Shown here: in pieces, positions 60,766-64,000 of the stretch
Layout: each line of letters opens with the position of its first letter
How positions within the stretch are numbered: position 1 is the first letter of the stretch
Assembly (NCBI GenBank): GCA_963678315.1
Contig: OY782781.1
Coordinates: forward strand, 1,472,001 to 1,536,000
DNA length: 64,000 nt
Reading direction: 5' to 3'
DNA from: Candidatus Cloacimonadales bacterium
Lineage (GTDB): Bacteria; Cloacimonadota; Cloacimonadia; Cloacimonadales; JAFGVF01
Notes under the pieces: generated by a model
The model's input: the letters and a program-made list of their open reading frames with translations, nothing else
Told to the model about the DNA's origin: nothing
The model's database searches: none
Position numbers and translations under genes: made by a program

Positions 60766-61242
60766 ATGGCATATAAACGAGCTATCAAAGAACAAGCAAA
60801 ACAACTCTATGTTATCGAGGGTAAAAAGATAGATGTTATTGCTAATATCTTATCTGTACCAAGCCAAACCCTCTACAACTGGAAGACAAAATATGAATGG
60901 GATAGAGCTATTAAAACAGCTGGAAATATAGGCTTATCAATCGAACTAGTTAAAGGCTTACAAGATGAAATATCAAAAGCAATAGCTCAAGGTAAGCTTT
61001 CTGACCCTAAAACAGCCGATGCTCTCTGCAAATTAGTAGGCATAGTTGAAAAAGTAACACCCGGAAAGGTCATGCTTTCCAATATTTTCAACATGTTAGA
61101 GGATATTACTCACTGTATTCAACGCAAACTAGGAGATGATGTCTTTCTTAATCTCTGGGGTAAGTATCTACCAGAAATAGCTGAAGAATTAAGAAGCAAA
61201 TATTCTCCAGATAATACCCTTAGCAGGATGAACAATGACTAA
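60766..61242 (+). CDS. HTH protein, probable terminase small subunit (DUF1804-like)
   Basis: AKQLY..G.....IA..L.V..QTLYNWK...W; directly upstream of large subunit. Confidence 0.7.
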   Translation: MAYKRAIKEQAKQLYVIEGKKIDVIANILSVPSQTLYNWKTKYEWDRAIKTAGNIGLSIELVKGLQDEISKAIAQGKLSDPKTADALCKLVGIVEKVTPGKVMLSNIFNMLEDITHCIQRKLGDDVFLNLWGKYLPEIAEELRSKYSPDNTLSRMNND

Positions 61243-61350
61243 CACAGGGAACGCTGATCCGATGCATGTCCGGCTACTGCCGGATGCCGGCTCTCACTGG
61301 GAACGCTGGCTGCTAGCCGGCTTAACCTTAAACTAAAATAAGGATTAACT

Positions 61351-62853
61351 ATGTCTAAACAACTAACCAACAGAGAATTCGACAAATACGTTGAACAACT
61401 TGTCAAAACCATAAAAAAGCACACTACAGGCTTTCCCAATGATACAGCTCATAAACAGCGAATCAGAAAAGAAAAAGCTCTCAGCGATTTCCTCTTCTTT
61501 GCTAAAACTTATTTCCCTCATTACATCAGGGCTCAATTTGGAAAACCTCATAAGCAAATGCACGAGGAAACAGAGAAATTAGGACAAATAACAGCTATTG
61601 CTGGTTTTAGAGGTCTTGGTAAAACAACGCTTCTTTCTGTAATTAAACCTATGTGGAAGGCACTCAGAGAAGAGATTTTCTTTAACTGTAAGATTGCAAA
61701 GTCTGATGATAAAGCAAAAGAGAGAACTGCTGCCATCAGAGCTGAATTTATGCACAATGAGTGTATCAAACATGACTTCGGTTTACAGGTAAGGCCTAAC
61801 TCTTCTGATCTAGATTTTACTATTAAGACAGGTTGCCGTTTCTTAGCTATGGGATATAAAACAGGTGTTCGTGGTGTTATAAACATGACTCACAGACCTG
61901 ATTATATAGACATAGATGACTTAGAAGACCACAACTCTTTCAATGAAAGAATTGCTAAAGAAAAGCTTCAATTTGTTACAGAAGAAGCCTACGGTGCTTT
62001 AGAAGATGGACTTGGTTATGTTATCTGGCTTGGGAACTTAACTCATCAGAAATCAGCTCTAAATCTTTTCTATAAGTCAACTAAAACTGGTGAACTTGAA
62101 GGACGTAAGATGCTTATTATCAAAGTTGATGATGGCAATTTTAATCCTGCTTGGCCTGAAAAGCATACACGTGAAATGTTAATCAAAATCTACAAAACTA
62201 TTGGCAGATTTGGTTATGAACGTCACTTCCGGATGAATCCTCTAGTAGAAGGACTTAAATTCAAAGAAGCCTGGTTCAGATATTACTCCCCTGAAGATAT
62301 CGAAAATGTTACTTTTGATAAGATTGTTAACTATACTGACCCTTCACTTGGGGAAAAGAAAACAAGTGATTATAAGGCTTCAATGACTGTTGGTTACTAC
62401 AAAAAGAAGTACTATCTCCTTGAATGCTATATCAGAAAAGCATCTATCATTGATATGATTAAATATCTCTACTACATCCACTCTAAATACAACGCTCACA
62501 TGTATATGGAAGCCAACTTCTGGCAAAAAGTTCTCTGGGATTACATTCCTCAACTTGCTGAAGTATTTAAATACCTTCTTCCAGTAAGAGGTGTCATAAA
62601 TACAGAAAAGAAAGAACTCAGAATAGAACGCTTAGAACCTTACTTTGAGTGGGGTTGGCTACTATTCCCAATAATAGAAACACCGGAGATTGCACTTCTC
62701 AAAGACCAACTTCTCGGATTCCCAAACTATCCAAATGATGATGGTGGAGATGCTCTTGCAGGTGCTGTAAATGAACTCAAAAACGACTCTCAGGAGGAAA
62801 GCTATGAAACCATTGAAACTAAACTGGCAACTAAATTCTCAGATGTCTGGTAA
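61351..62853 (+). CDS. Terminase large subunit
   Basis: Walker A GFRGLGKTT, Walker B IDIDDLE, nuclease motifs YTDPS..SDY and DDGGDA. Confidence 0.92.
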   Translation: MSKQLTNREFDKYVEQLVKTIKKHTTGFPNDTAHKQRIRKEKALSDFLFFAKTYFPHYIRAQFGKPHKQMHEETEKLGQITAIAGFRGLGKTTLLSVIKPMWKALREEIFFNCKIAKSDDKAKERTAAIRAEFMHNECIKHDFGLQVRPNSSDLDFTIKTGCRFLAMGYKTGVRGVINMTHRPDYIDIDDLEDHNSFNERIAKEKLQFVTEEAYGALEDGLGYVIWLGNLTHQKSALNLFYKSTKTGELEGRKMLIIKVDDGNFNPAWPEKHTREMLIKIYKTIGRFGYERHFRMNPLVEGLKFKEAWFRYYSPEDIENVTFDKIVNYTDPSLGEKKTSDYKASMTVGYYKKKYYLLECYIRKASIIDMIKYLYYIHSKYNAHMYMEANFWQKVLWDYIPQLAEVFKYLLPVRGVINTEKKELRIERLEPYFEWGWLLFPIIETPEIALLKDQLLGFPNYPNDDGGDALAGAVNELKNDSQEESYETIETKLATKFSDVW

Positions 62854-62920
62854 CAGGAACACAGGCGTCTCTGCCTGTAACTCAACAAATCAACACCTAA
62901 ACAAATAAACAGAGGATAAA

Positions 62921-64000
62921 ATGAACTTAATAAATCTATTCAAAAAAACTAACACCACTATCCTGACCCAAACAAAGATTGAAGAAAGCAAGCCTCTCTG
63001 GACTACCAACGTGACTCCTGGAGAGATTGCTCTTGCTATGATAAAGAGCCACAACGGCTATCTTAGATACCTAAATAACCTCTATGATAAACTTTATAAG
63101 TATGATGATAATCTTGCAGGAGATACTGATGTTCGTATCGAAGCACTTAAATCAGCAAACTACATCTTACCTGAAGGTTTATCTAAACAACAAACTCATT
63201 TCTTTACTTCCTTCTTGGATAAATTCTTCACAACTCTAGTAGACCACACCCTAGAACTAAAACTAAGAGGAAACCTCTTCAAACAGATAGTTTTTGCTTT
63301 AGAAAACAACCTCTACACAATCGAAAAGTTCATATCTTACAAAAACCTCGATTTAAGGGCTGTAAATCATGAATTGGCATTCTATGTCAATGATGAGAAG
63401 AAAACACTCTCAGATGATAAATTTGTGCGTATTTTTAAAGATTCTGCTGTCTATGAGTCTATCATCAAATATTATGCCTTCTTTTCATTCGCTTTAAACA
63501 ATTGGGCATCTTTTATTGAAACCTACGGAAAGCCTATCAGAATTGGCAAATACAAACCAGGATCTACAAAAGATGAAGTTCGCAAGCTAAAAGAAATGAT
63601 TAAGAATCTTGGTTCTGATTTAGGAGCTGTTATCTCTGAAAATACTCTCATTGAATTTGCTGATTTTAAGAACGCTAGAGCTAATTCAGAGCTCTATGAC
63701 AACTTGCTTAACTTCTGTAAAAAAGCTATTTCCAAAAGAATACTAGGACAAACACTTACCACCAACACAGAAACAACAGGCTCTTATGCTCAAGCTAAAG
63801 TTCATGATATGGTGCGTAAAGATATCCTTCAAGCTGATCTAAGAGATTGCTCTAAATATATCAGCCAAATCTGTTCACGTCTAAACAGACTAAATTTCTC
63901 TGATAACGATATCAAAATTGAGCTCTCTCTCCCTGAACACATTGACCTATCTACTAAGATCACCATAGACACCCAACTCAACAATATCATTCAAATAGAA
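62921..64000 (+). CDS. Portal protein (Mu gp29/DUF935-like), 3' end outside window
   Basis: Not in ORF track; translated by hand from ATG 62921 (GAGG RBS): W.SFIE.YGKPIRIGKY, ISKRILGQTLTT, GSYAQAKVH. Confidence 0.92.
   Translation, partial: MNLINLFKKTNTTILTQTKIEESKPLWTTNVTPGEIALAMIKSHNGYLRYLNNLYDKLYKYDDNLAGDTDVRIEALKSANYILPEGLSKQQTHFFTSFLDKFFTTLVDHTLELKLRGNLFKQIVFALENNLYTIEKFISYKNLDLRAVNHELAFYVNDEKKTLSDDKFVRIFKDSAVYESIIKYYAFFSFALNNWASFIETYGKPIRIGKYKPGSTKDEVRKLKEMIKNLGSDLGAVISENTLIEFADFKNARANSELYDNLLNFCKKAISKRILGQTLTTNTETTGSYAQAKVHDMVRKDILQADLRDCSKYISQICSRLNRLNFSDNDIKIELSLPEHIDLSTKITIDTQLNNIIQIE

Larger units (their letters stand above)
56278..61325 (+). repeat. Dispersed GC-rich motif ACTGGGAACGCT(C)GGCTGCTAGCCGGCT in prophage intergenic gaps
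   Basis: Copies at 56278, 59190, 59226, 59741, 61296 and an interrupted copy at 61244-61293. Confidence 0.9.
48297..64000. mobile_element. Mu-like transposable prophage (sheath-less, siphovirus-type tail); continues beyond window
   Basis: Mu gp29-like portal, gp36-like, gpG-like and gp37-like genes, terminase, capsid, tape measure; 5'-TG end with repeated binding sites. Confidence 0.9.

Noticed and set aside
2193..61886. Short overlapping or antisense ORFs in the track (e.g. 2193, 5865, 22985, 28529, 54144, 60172, 61548)
   Set aside because: They overlap well-supported genes and show no motifs; treated as shadow ORFs

Overview
AT-rich bacterial chromosome segment. Exported proteins with FlgD-Ig/FN3-like C-termini and many FGE/SUMF1 paralogues suggest Cloacimonadota (FCB group); this is an inference. 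(1) 1-17.5 kb, accessory exported proteins: a GH16 glucanase divergent from a four-repeat glycan-binding-like protein with a shared operator, a tandem-OsmC protein, two papain-fold peptidases and three FGE/C-type-lectin-fold genes. One FGE gene is broken by a frameshift and an in-frame TGA; another ends in a region resembling a DGR variable region. (2) 17.5-32.4 kb, mixed metabolic and membrane genes with REP-like clusters and an ERIC-like long-hairpin element showing compensatory base pairing. (3) 32.4-48.2 kb, the housekeeping cluster kdsA-kdsC-lptC-lptA-like-lptB-rpoN-lpdA-lipA-hpf-hprK-ptsH-ptsI-pgi, then a Xer recombinase, a GNAT and a methyltransferase. (4) 48297 to the window end, a Mu-like transposable prophage. 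It has a TG end with six 17-bp repeats, a sheath-less tail module with a -1 frameshifted chaperone, a Dam-like methylase lacking a start codon, and divergent virion operons. Its intergenic gaps carry a GC-rich hairpin motif that always lies on the + strand. No tRNA, rRNA, CRISPR array or reverse transcriptase was seen.
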